Shown here piece by piece: positions 8,285 through 15,546 of a stretch of 32,000 bases of DNA. The stretch comes from Staphylothermus hellenicus DSM 12710. Lineage in GTDB: Archaea; Thermoproteota; Thermoprotei_A; Sulfolobales; Desulfurococcaceae. The position numbers were made by a program, and so were the translations under genes. The notes under the pieces are model-generated. The model made no database searches. It was not told the DNA's origin and saw only the letters and a program-made list of their open reading frames with translations. Numbering within the stretch: the stretch's first letter is position 1; each line of letters begins with the position of its first letter. Where the stretch lies: NCBI RefSeq assembly GCF_000092465.1, contig NC_014205.1, positions 90,001 through 122,000 on the forward strand. Direction: 5' to 3'.

Positions 8285-9510
8285 TATTTTCATAGGCTCT
8301 ATAGTTGCTTAATAGTTAAATTAAATGTATTTTCAACAATAATTTGCATCTATTGGACTTGACCCTCTACACCTTAAACACTCGATTTCCATTATCACTA
8401 TTATTTAATTTATTAAGTAGTAATGCAAAGCTAAGGAGAGCATATACTTATTATTCATTACTTCATTAATAAGTCGTTGGTGCTACTACCGGGAAAAGGA
8501 TGGCGATAGCTTGAAAGAAAAGTAAGGGAATAAAGGAGAGATTATTACTAGTTTACTAGAGTAAATACGTTCTTCCACAGTTTTAACATATGATCACCAG
8601 TTTTCCTCTTTTCTTATGTTGAATTTTTCGCTTTGTTTTCCCCTGCTTTAATCATCCATTGGTTTTCACAATCTTTGCGGTGGACATATACTAGTTTTCC
8701 ATTCGCGAATACTAGCTGTACCGCTTTAAATAGTATGTATGCAAGAAAATCATTTGTTTAGCCCTATTCATAATTTTTTGTTTCTATTAGTTCCTCTCCC
8801 TTCTTAGATTTCACTCCAATATTAAGGGACTCTTTGATTAAGAGTTTTCTTCTACAATTACTTATTTAAGTCCATATATGAATAAGCTGTAATGGTAATG
8901 TTTCCCTCTTAGTCTTATCAGCTATATTCACAGATCTGCCACGAATAGGTTATTTTATTCAAAGCACATCTCTATCTAACAGTAGTAGAGAATATGTACT
9001 ATATAGTGATGATCATCTACGTATTTATTTTCTATATCTTTATTATGAATGTTGCTAATGTCCCCAAATATGCAGGTAGGCGTTTAATCTATCTTTCTTC
9101 TTAACAAATTTCATTTCTTCTATGCGATCCCTCCGCTTCACGAATTTATACATTTCCGCCCCATTTCTGATTAGTTCAATGATCTTTATTATCAAATATT
9201 TGAGAAGTATTCTTATCGCACTTCTTATTACTTCTTCAATGAATATATTTATGATTATTTCGTCAAAGCCTAGAGGTATTTGTTGGATAAACATCTTTAT
9301 TCTTTTCATCATTTTTATACACCTTAATTGATAAACATAATACTTATTCCAAATCTTAATAGAAATATTAGACCTTTGAAAAATATAAGGTTAGTTTATT
9401 CTTGATCATTCCGCTAGTGATAGTGATCATGGCTCGTGATAGGTATAGGAATTATATTTTGTTAAAAATTATTAATAGTATTGTTTAAGACATAATTGGC
9501 GTGATTCTCT

Positions 9511-9924
9511 ATGAGTATGGAATATGTTGATTTGCTGCGAAATCGTGCTAAAAGGTATTTGGAGTCGGCGGTGAATAATTTATTGAGTAATAGATTTGAT
9601 GTGGCAATTGTTGAGGCAGAAATAGCTTCTCAGCTTGCTTTGAAGGCTTTAATAGTTAAAATAGGTTTTGAACCTCCTAGAACGCATATGGTTAGACAGT
9701 TATTCTCGTTTATAATAGATAATAAGCTCTTGCCAGATAATATGCTGAATATTGTTAGGAACTATGTTAAAAAGAACCGTGAAAAACTAATAATTCTTGA
9801 AAGAGCTAGGATTGTGGGACAGTATGGAGCATCAATTGTTGATCATGATGAAGCAGAGATAGCAGTAAATACTGCTAAGGAGGTTCTCAGCGTTGTCGAG
9901 AAACTTTGGAAAATGGTTATCTAA
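9511..9924 (+). CDS. HEPN domain protein (toxin-type partner of the MNT)
   Basis: 137-aa helical protein. It has an R-T-H...L segment (PPRTHMVRQLF) in the position of the HEPN catalytic motif. It overlaps a downstream minimal nucleotidyltransferase gene, the classic HEPN-MNT pair. Confidence 0.7.
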   Translation: MSMEYVDLLRNRAKRYLESAVNNLLSNRFDVAIVEAEIASQLALKALIVKIGFEPPRTHMVRQLFSFIIDNKLLPDNMLNIVRNYVKKNREKLIILERARIVGQYGASIVDHDEAEIAVNTAKEVLSVVEKLWKMVI

Positions 9925-10258
9925 AAGAAGACAGGTGTTAAGGAATTGGGATAGCATAGCGAAAACCATAGCATATATTCTAAAAAAGGTTATGCCAGAT
10001 ATTATGGAAATATATGTTTTTGGCAGCGTTGTCGATGGCAAGTTTACAGGTGCAAGTGACCTAGACTTACTAATAGTTATTCCTGAAAAATATGATGAAT
10101 CTAAAACATATATACTATTCAACAAGATACTAGAGGAGAAACTGGGAGAAATAGCATATATGATCGACCTACACATAATCAATAAAAATAAGCTAGCCAA
10201 ACCACCCTATACCTGGTGGCTGAAGAAATCATACAAGATTAATTCTATGAAACACTAG
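9893..10258 (+). CDS. minimal nucleotidyltransferase (MNT) domain protein
   Basis: IYVFGSVVDGKFTGASDLDLLIV matches the GS-x(n)-D-x-D Pol-beta-type NTase signature. The start is ambiguous (TTG 9893 or GTG 9935). Confidence 0.8.
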   Translation: MSRNFGKWLSKRRQVLRNWDSIAKTIAYILKKVMPDIMEIYVFGSVVDGKFTGASDLDLLIVIPEKYDESKTYILFNKILEEKLGEIAYMIDLHIINKNKLAKPPYTWWLKKSYKINSMKH

Positions 10259-10326
10259 TATCTAAAACATTGTTCTCTTAACAAAGTTCTTCGACAGAAA
10301 ACATCTATATCTCCATTCTCAGCTAG

Positions 10327-10713
10327 TTTCCATTCCTCCCCCTGCTGAGAAAGGCTCCGTGGGCTTCAATAGTGAATGTTGCATCTGTAGCGGGCCAGAC
10401 AGGAAATGTGTTTGCATCTGTAGCTTACTGTGCATCAAAGGCTGGAGTTATAGGGCTTACACGTAGACTCGCTGTTGAGCTGGCACCACATATAAGAGTT
10501 AATGCTGTAGCACCAAGTTTTGTTGAAACCGATATGGTGAGGGAATTCGTGGATACACCGGAAAAACGAAAAAGAATCGCCGATCTTCACCCATTAAAAG
10601 ACATAGCTAAACCAGAAGATATTGCCAACGCCATATATTTCCTTGCAACCAAAGAATCAAGATTCATTACTGGACAAATACTTTCAATTAATGGAGGCCG
10701 CTTCACCTGTTAA
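10327..10713 (+). pseudogene. 5'-truncated short-chain dehydrogenase/reductase (FabG-like) remnant
   Basis: Only the C-terminal half is present: SIVNVASVAG, catalytic YCASK (YxxxK), NAVAPSFVETDM, ITGQILSINGG. The frame opens right after a TAG at 10324-10326. The Rossmann TGxxxGxG N-terminus is absent. Confidence 0.7.
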
Positions 10714-10803
10714 CCTCTACTATATTATATAAGTTAATAAGGTACGGTAATTAAATATCATTATGTTAAAAATATTGTCACAGTTGTCTTGGTGGTATAA
10801 GTA

Positions 10804-11574
10804 ATGGTTTGGGTTAGTGTTGAAGCTCCAATTATTCCTAGTCTTGAAAAATATGGTTCTGAAAAGGCTAGGATATTCATTGATACATGTATTACTCATT
10901 TAATAATGCATCGAGAAGGCTGGATTGGGAAGAAGATGGAGGAGCTAGGCATTAAATCTCCCCGTGAAGCTGTTGAATTCGTTATAAACAATATAGATTA
11001 TCCCTCCACTCTAGAAACCCCTGACGACAAACATGTTTGGGAAGCGTTTTCAGGAAAGATCAAATATGTTGTCTTCAAGGATTACTGGAGCAGTGCTTCA
11101 GAAGTATTAATGACCTATATTTTAAACAAGAAACTATACGGTAAGCCTGGCTATGGGGACTTCGAGGACACCAGCATACTCGCAACAAGTATGCTGCGCA
11201 TCCTCAATACACCAGCCTACGAAGTATTCGGTGCAATATATAGTAATAATACACTATTAGGAGGACATGCCTGGACAATTGCTAAGCTAGAAGATGGAAA
11301 ATGGCATCTCATCGAAACATTCCTCACCCAACCACCCAAATACCCCAGCAACTACCCAGTCATCAACCCAGAAGAGAACAAGTGGAGAATAAGAAACACA
11401 ATATATGAGGGATGGATAAAATTCAACGAGAAAGAATACTATGAATGGAGAGAACCCGGAACACAGTATAGCCTAGAAAAATACTTAGCATTCGAGAAAA
11501 AAGATAAGTATAATATGAGAAAATATGAAGCCCTCGAGAAAGCGTGGAGGATAAAAACAAAAGTTAAAATATAA
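10804..11574 (+). CDS. transglutaminase-like fold protein, apparently lacking the catalytic Cys
   Basis: GYGDFEDTSILATSMLRILNTPAYEVFG...GGHAWTIAKLEDGKWHLIETF resembles the transglutaminase core (G.C.dfA...lRa.GiPAR...HaW...W..D). No Cys occurs at the nucleophile position. Confidence 0.45.
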   Translation: MVWVSVEAPIIPSLEKYGSEKARIFIDTCITHLIMHREGWIGKKMEELGIKSPREAVEFVINNIDYPSTLETPDDKHVWEAFSGKIKYVVFKDYWSSASEVLMTYILNKKLYGKPGYGDFEDTSILATSMLRILNTPAYEVFGAIYSNNTLLGGHAWTIAKLEDGKWHLIETFLTQPPKYPSNYPVINPEENKWRIRNTIYEGWIKFNEKEYYEWREPGTQYSLEKYLAFEKKDKYNMRKYEALEKAWRIKTKVKI

Positions 11575-11794
11575 TGAAACAAGCTCCTAGATTTTAAAAC
11601 AGTCCAAACAATCATTAGCTGTTTCATATAAAAATGTTTTAGCCATAGCAGGAACAAGTACCTTCCACAACGATACCCATCATACCTCGAAGAAAAAAAA
11701 GGTGCATTAGGACAGGAAGAAAAATAAATAGGCAGAAAGGAGGGCAATAAGCTTTAAATATTTCGGATTATGTCTCCTTGTATTGATCTATATC

Positions 11795-11900
11795 CCTGTG
11801 GGTTGATGGGAGCTTTGCTCCGAGACTCATGGGGCTTGTGCCGTTGGCCCCTGACAGCCACACATGACACCATAGTCCTCGAGAGAAGACTATGGGCGAG
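11795..11900. ncRNA. GC-rich structured patch: candidate small structured RNA of unknown class and strand
   Basis: GC content is visibly well above the surroundings. Three compact hairpins: GGAGC-ttt-GCTCC (11809-11821); GGGGC-n11-GCCCC (11831-11851); CCATAGTC...GACTATGG (11870-11895), with an inner TC/GA pair and a GAGA (GNRA-type) loop on the plus strand. TATA-like boxes occur on both sides. Confidence 0.3.
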
Positions 11901-11906
11901 GTGGAA

Positions 11907-11977
11907 GTCCCTACCGCAGATACAGCCAAATATATAAACATATAGAATGACACGGTAGGGACAAACGGCAGATACAT
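11907..11977 (+). promoter_or_regulatory. promoter region of the downstream gene bracketed by a 10-bp inverted repeat and a 12-nt direct repeat
   Basis: GTCCCTACCG (11907-11916) and CGGTAGGGAC (11953-11962) flank the TATA-like aaatatataaac. Each arm is followed by C(C/G)GCAGATACA (11914-11925 and 11966-11977). Confidence 0.4.
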
Positions 11978-11982
11978 TAATA

Positions 11983-13395
11983 GTGGTGGAAATGATTGGG
12001 CAAGGTGATGGTTGGTTAGGAAGAAAGATTGCACTCATACTTATTGTGGTTTTAGTGGCTGGGATTGTTGCAGGTGCTCTTAGTTATTACTTGTACTCAC
12101 AGCATAAACAAAAACCAGAAAAAACTACCACTCAACATCCCTACCCATCAACAACTTCTACACAACCTCCAACAACTACTCAAATACCTGGGGATAAAAC
12201 TCCTCCCAGAATCTATTCGATTAATTACGAGTTTTTACCGCCCGATTCTGTTTCGATTACTGTGAATGCTACAGATAATTCTGGAATATCCAAAGTATTA
12301 GCTGAAGTTCAAGGGGAGAATTATTCCCTAGCTTTAGTAGATGGCTTATGTGCTGAAAACATAACAGTTGGAGCGATAAGCGAGATTAAAGAATTGCCTG
12401 TCAAGATTTATGTTTTCGACAAATTCAACAATTATGCAAAAACCAAGTTAACTGCTGTGCCAAACTTGGAGGAAAAATTTGTTAGCCTTGGTATGAGCAA
12501 CAAGATATCTAAGAGTAGTGCAGAAGAGTTTTACTCAGACTATCAGCAGCTAGTCCAGCAGTTATACCCTGAAAACAAGTCCCTGCTAATACCCCTGTTA
12601 AAGCTTTACTCAAAAAATTCCACGATATTTAGCATGTTGTATCAAAGTGTTTCGCAAGATCCTCAACTAAGCAAGTATTCTTGCCTAGAGAAAGATGAAT
12701 TGATATCTTCAGCTTCTCAGCTGTTCTTGGATCTAGGATATACGGGGAAGGTTAAAGTTTTAATTCCTGGAACCAATAATTACAGGGAAGAATTTTTAAC
12801 TAAGCCTACAATACAAGCTTTTGGAAACTATTCTGTTGCAATAGATTCGCTTGGTTTGCCTAAGCATAACAAAAGCACTTTATTCTTGTTGGGAAATGCT
12901 ACCCAGATTAATCCAGCGATAGTTGATTTTGAGCCGGTAATAGTTAAGGACATGAATGGTAAAACTTTTGTTATAAAAAGCAAGAACATAGCAAGAGATG
13001 TCTGGATGATTGCTGAACATTTGAGGCGTACTCCTTACGTTGTTAATTACCCAGAGATGTATGAAGCCTTTAGCATAAAAGTCCAGCAAAACGCTTTTGA
13101 TATTCTAGATAATCCTGAGATGCATGAGTTAGGCGAGCATTATAAACCTACGGATAAAATTATCTGGGAGAAAGTGATTATTCCTCAATGGAAATATTAC
13201 TGGAATTCTACTCCTCAGGCTGGAAATTTGAGCAAGAGGATTTGTGTGTTTCCTTGGTATAATTCTACCTTGCTAAAAGAATGGATTTCGAACAAAACTG
13301 ATAGGAAGATTGCTTTGATGTACTTTTGGGAGTTGTTGCCAAGGGTTGCTGATCTGGATGAATGGCTAACTCACAAAAAAAACAGTCTATCATAA
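11983..13395 (+). CDS. membrane-anchored extracellular protein with Thr/Pro-rich stalk, function unknown
   Basis: N-terminal TM segment KIALILIVVLVAGIVAGALSYYLY, then a TTTQHPYPSTTSTQPPTTTQIPGDKTPP linker and many N-x-S/T sequons. Start is GTG 11983 or ATG 11992. Confidence 0.65.
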   Translation: MVEMIGQGDGWLGRKIALILIVVLVAGIVAGALSYYLYSQHKQKPEKTTTQHPYPSTTSTQPPTTTQIPGDKTPPRIYSINYEFLPPDSVSITVNATDNSGISKVLAEVQGENYSLALVDGLCAENITVGAISEIKELPVKIYVFDKFNNYAKTKLTAVPNLEEKFVSLGMSNKISKSSAEEFYSDYQQLVQQLYPENKSLLIPLLKLYSKNSTIFSMLYQSVSQDPQLSKYSCLEKDELISSASQLFLDLGYTGKVKVLIPGTNNYREEFLTKPTIQAFGNYSVAIDSLGLPKHNKSTLFLLGNATQINPAIVDFEPVIVKDMNGKTFVIKSKNIARDVWMIAEHLRRTPYVVNYPEMYEAFSIKVQQNAFDILDNPEMHELGEHYKPTDKIIWEKVIIPQWKYYWNSTPQAGNLSKRICVFPWYNSTLLKEWISNKTDRKIALMYFWELLPRVADLDEWLTHKKNSLS

Positions 13396-13408
13396 AGGGT
13401 TGGATGCA

Positions 13409-14083
13409 ATGATTTATCAAATCCAGCAAATGCCTAGATTATACAAGGAAGTCATGAGTAAGTACCCAAACGGAAAATTGTATGATAGTGATGTACGTTT
13501 TTGGTACTACTCTTGGCTTGAAGATAGACAGGTTCATGGGTTAGATAGTGCGATTAAACAGTTTGCAGGTGATTTACAGGGTAATTGGACTAACTTGCTT
13601 AAGGATCCAAGCATAATGCTTCAATACAATACTATAGATACTTATCTAACCAAAAACTTCTCTTATTGGGATTTAATAAAATTTATACACGGTTACGGAC
13701 AAAAGTGGGGTGGTGGAGACTCCGAGAAACATTTTCTTTACTATCCAATAGCATTTAAAGCATTCGGTATTCCAATCCATTACTTTACCACATACTATGA
13801 GTTTTACATTAATGCGCCAGCTAGGTATGCTATTTTTTATGAAGGTACGTTTTTTGGTTTACCCGACTCAGTGTTAGAACCATTAAAACAAGGTAAATAC
13901 AATGAAGTATTAATCTTCCCAGGTAATGGTATATCCCCGATAGGCTCTCCGTTGTATGGAATTAAAAAAGACTTAGAGTATGGAGAGCAACACCGTGTAG
14001 AGCCAAACGCAAAATACATAGAAATGTATTTACCGGTAAGAGGCAAGAAGATTTATTTGTTTAAGGAAGGTAAAGAGGGTTGA
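13409..14083 (+). CDS. hypothetical protein, probably co-transcribed with the upstream secreted protein
   Basis: The ORF starts 14 nt after the upstream stop (ATG 13409; the ORF track used TTG 13400). Aromatic-rich, with no recognised motif. Confidence 0.5.
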   Translation: MIYQIQQMPRLYKEVMSKYPNGKLYDSDVRFWYYSWLEDRQVHGLDSAIKQFAGDLQGNWTNLLKDPSIMLQYNTIDTYLTKNFSYWDLIKFIHGYGQKWGGGDSEKHFLYYPIAFKAFGIPIHYFTTYYEFYINAPARYAIFYEGTFFGLPDSVLEPLKQGKYNEVLIFPGNGISPIGSPLYGIKKDLEYGEQHRVEPNAKYIEMYLPVRGKKIYLFKEGKEG

Positions 14084-14523
14084 GCAAAGATATTTTGGAA
14101 GAAATTCAAAATTGATTCAAAAATCATGGGCTTAGTTTCCTTGTTTACTTCTTGATTTTCAACACTACCCCATCCAGGAGGGTCACAAAGATAGGATTTT
14201 CCTCCATAATTTGTAATATTTCCTTTCTCCACACATTTCTTCTCACCAGTTTGAGGTCCATTAGGATCGTCGGTGCAACAATAATCCTTAGCACATTGAC
14301 CGTTATCAGTACAACTCCTATAACATTTACAAGTATAACTACCCGTATCACAATAAGATGCATAAGCTCCACAATTCATTCCAGCACAATTATCATTGTT
14401 TTGACAACAAACTACTCCATTAGGTCCAGTCTTGCCAGCACAGTCTGGGTCTGCACAATCTATAAAGTCACCAAGATCGTCATCATTGCCATTGTCGCAT
14501 ATTTCAGCTGAAGGACAAGTCAA
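14053..14523 (-). CDS. Cys-rich protein with a CxDGxDDD...DCxDPDC-type repeat, possibly a 5'-damaged gene
   Basis: EICDNGNDDDLGDFIDCADPDCAG plus about 20 Cys. The frame stays open upstream to about 14690, but TTG 14523 is the only ATG/GTG/TTG codon in it, and there is no signal peptide. Confidence 0.4.
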   Translation of the reverse strand: MTCPSAEICDNGNDDDLGDFIDCADPDCAGKTGPNGVVCCQNNDNCAGMNCGAYASYCDTGSYTCKCYRSCTDNGQCAKDYCCTDDPNGPQTGEKKCVEKGNITNYGGKSYLCDPPGWGSVENQEVNKETKPMIFESILNFFQNIFAQPSLPSLNK

Positions 14524-14802
14524 GTCTTTTATTTCGCAGTTATTGGTTTCATTGCTTTCTGAAACATCATCGTGAATATTTGCACATACTGTTATTATAT
14601 AGGTTTTTCCTGCAGTGCAGGTCCAACCATAGAAGTATCTGTTGCTCGAAGAGCCTGCTGATAAGCTTGAAATATAATCATAGTCTTTTGATGAGCCATT
14701 GACATATAATCTAGAATAGTTATATCACCGTTTATTCTTACTTTTGTCTAGTAGTACCTTTATATAGTAGTACTATCATATATTCTTCTAAGGGATTATT
14801 GT

Positions 14803-15084
14803 ATGAGTATAGTGAAGGTTACTAGGAAAAGACAGATAACATTGCCTAAGAAAATTTGTGATTCCTTAGGGATTTCTCCCGGTGACTATGTTAGAGTATA
14901 TATTGATGAAAATGGTAAGATCATTGTCGAAAAGGCGTTTAGTATTGATCAATTAGCTGGATCACTTAATCCAAGCCGCCCACTCGAGAATCTAGCGGAA
15001 GACTTAGACGAGGATAGAAAAGTAATAACATTAAAAGAATTGAAAGCGGCGGCTTCTTCTCCAAGGATCTCCCCTGTCTTATAA
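14803..15084 (+). CDS. AbrB/SpoVT-family (VapB/MazE-like) DNA-binding protein
   Basis: MSIVKVTRKRQITLPKKICDSLGISPGDYVRVYIDENGKIIVEKA is a canonical swapped-hairpin AbrB domain, followed by LAGSL. The 3' end is uncertain because it overlaps a convergent ORF. Confidence 0.65.
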   Translation: MSIVKVTRKRQITLPKKICDSLGISPGDYVRVYIDENGKIIVEKAFSIDQLAGSLNPSRPLENLAEDLDEDRKVITLKELKAAASSPRISPVL

Positions 15085-15395
15085 TAGGTAGCAACACTAA
15101 AAGAATTGAAAAAAGTCTCTCCATTTATGCCGAAGATCTCCTCCATAGGTTTCGCAGATATAATCTTTATTGCATCATTCTCAACTCTTATAACAACCCT
15201 ATTCCTTACCGGTTTGGTTAGCCGTAACTTTTTTGCATTTGGTATGTTTGTTATGGCTAGCCTTCCAGCCTTTGGTTTCATTGGCTGGCTTTCGGGGAAC
15301 GGGTGCTCCTCACATCTTTGAATACTTCTAACTCCGTGTCCTTTTAGGCTTAGCTTACCCCACATATCGGGCGCAGGCTTATGTCTCATCATCAA
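14949..15395 (-). CDS. AbrB/SpoVT-like protein (boundaries uncertain; alternative start ATG 15281)
   Basis: AGRLAITNIPNAKKLRLTKPVRNRVVIRVENDAIKIISAKPMEEIFGI resembles an AbrB domain plus the ..eelfG tail. The C-terminal about 45 aa are antisense to the plus-strand AbrB gene and may not be real. Confidence 0.35.
   Translation of the reverse strand: MMMRHKPAPDMWGKLSLKGHGVRSIQRCEEHPFPESQPMKPKAGRLAITNIPNAKKLRLTKPVRNRVVIRVENDAIKIISAKPMEEIFGINGETFFNSFSVATYYKTGEILGEEAAAFNSFNVITFLSSSKSSARFSSGRLGLSDPAN
15027..15158. repeat. diverged 66-nt tandem duplication
   Basis: aacattaaaagaattgaaa (15027-15045) versus aacactaaaagaattgaaa (15093-15111), 18/19 identical. Internal ccaaggatctcccc matches ccgaagatctcctcc at equivalent offsets. 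Confidence 0.6.
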
Positions 15396-15546
15396 AAATT
15401 ATACTAGATAAATATACATAATAGACATTCCCTACGAAGCAGAAACATGCAAATATTACGAAAGTAGCACTACATGTTTCAGCCCCAATGGCTTTACAGA
15501 TCTCGGCAGGTATAACAATTTGCCCCTTTTTACTTACATGAACCAA
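15379..15546 (-). pseudogene. AbrB/SpoVT N-terminal half-domain fragment
   Basis: A TTG-initiated 55-codon ORF, too short for the supplied track. It reads (M)VHVSKKGQIVIPAEICKAIGAE, then loses similarity (TCSATFVIFACFCF...). It ends 17 nt inside the next minus-strand ORF in a different frame. Confidence 0.45.

Noticed and set aside
8585-8740. 46-codon minus-strand frame ...AVQLVFANGKLVYVHRKDCENQWMIKAGENKAKNST
   Set aside because: It looks protein-like but has no ATG, GTG or TTG start and no recognisable family. It is treated as a possible gene relic rather than a feature.
9055-9331. Overlapping 85-aa (minus) and 69-aa (plus) ORFs
   Set aside because: They are mutually antisense with Ile/Lys/Phe-rich low-complexity sequences in very AT-rich DNA, and I see no basis for choosing either one. 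The minus ORF has an internal EMYKFVKRRDRIEEMKFVKKKDRL repeat, but that alone is not evidence of function.
11897-11925. GAGGTGGAAGTCC...CAGATACAG resembling the RNase P RNA CR-I (GAGGAAAGUCC) and ACAG motifs
   Set aside because: The match needs a 2-nt insertion. There is no room for a 300-nt RNase P RNA before the well-supported CDS at 11983. No CR-IV/CR-V-like 3' partner was seen. I also saw no SRP RNA helix-8 sequence (GGAAG..AGCAG).
11754-12038. Two overlapping minus-strand ORFs (94 and 88 aa)
   Set aside because: They overlap each other in different frames across the GC-rich patch and the start of the plus-strand membrane protein. They are more likely artefacts of local GC richness.
14145-14511. 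Alternative-frame ORFs (75 aa minus, 119 aa plus) inside the Cys-rich gene
   Set aside because: Their translations are low-complexity (I/T/S/V-rich). The Cys-rich frame has a recognisable repeat motif and is preferred.
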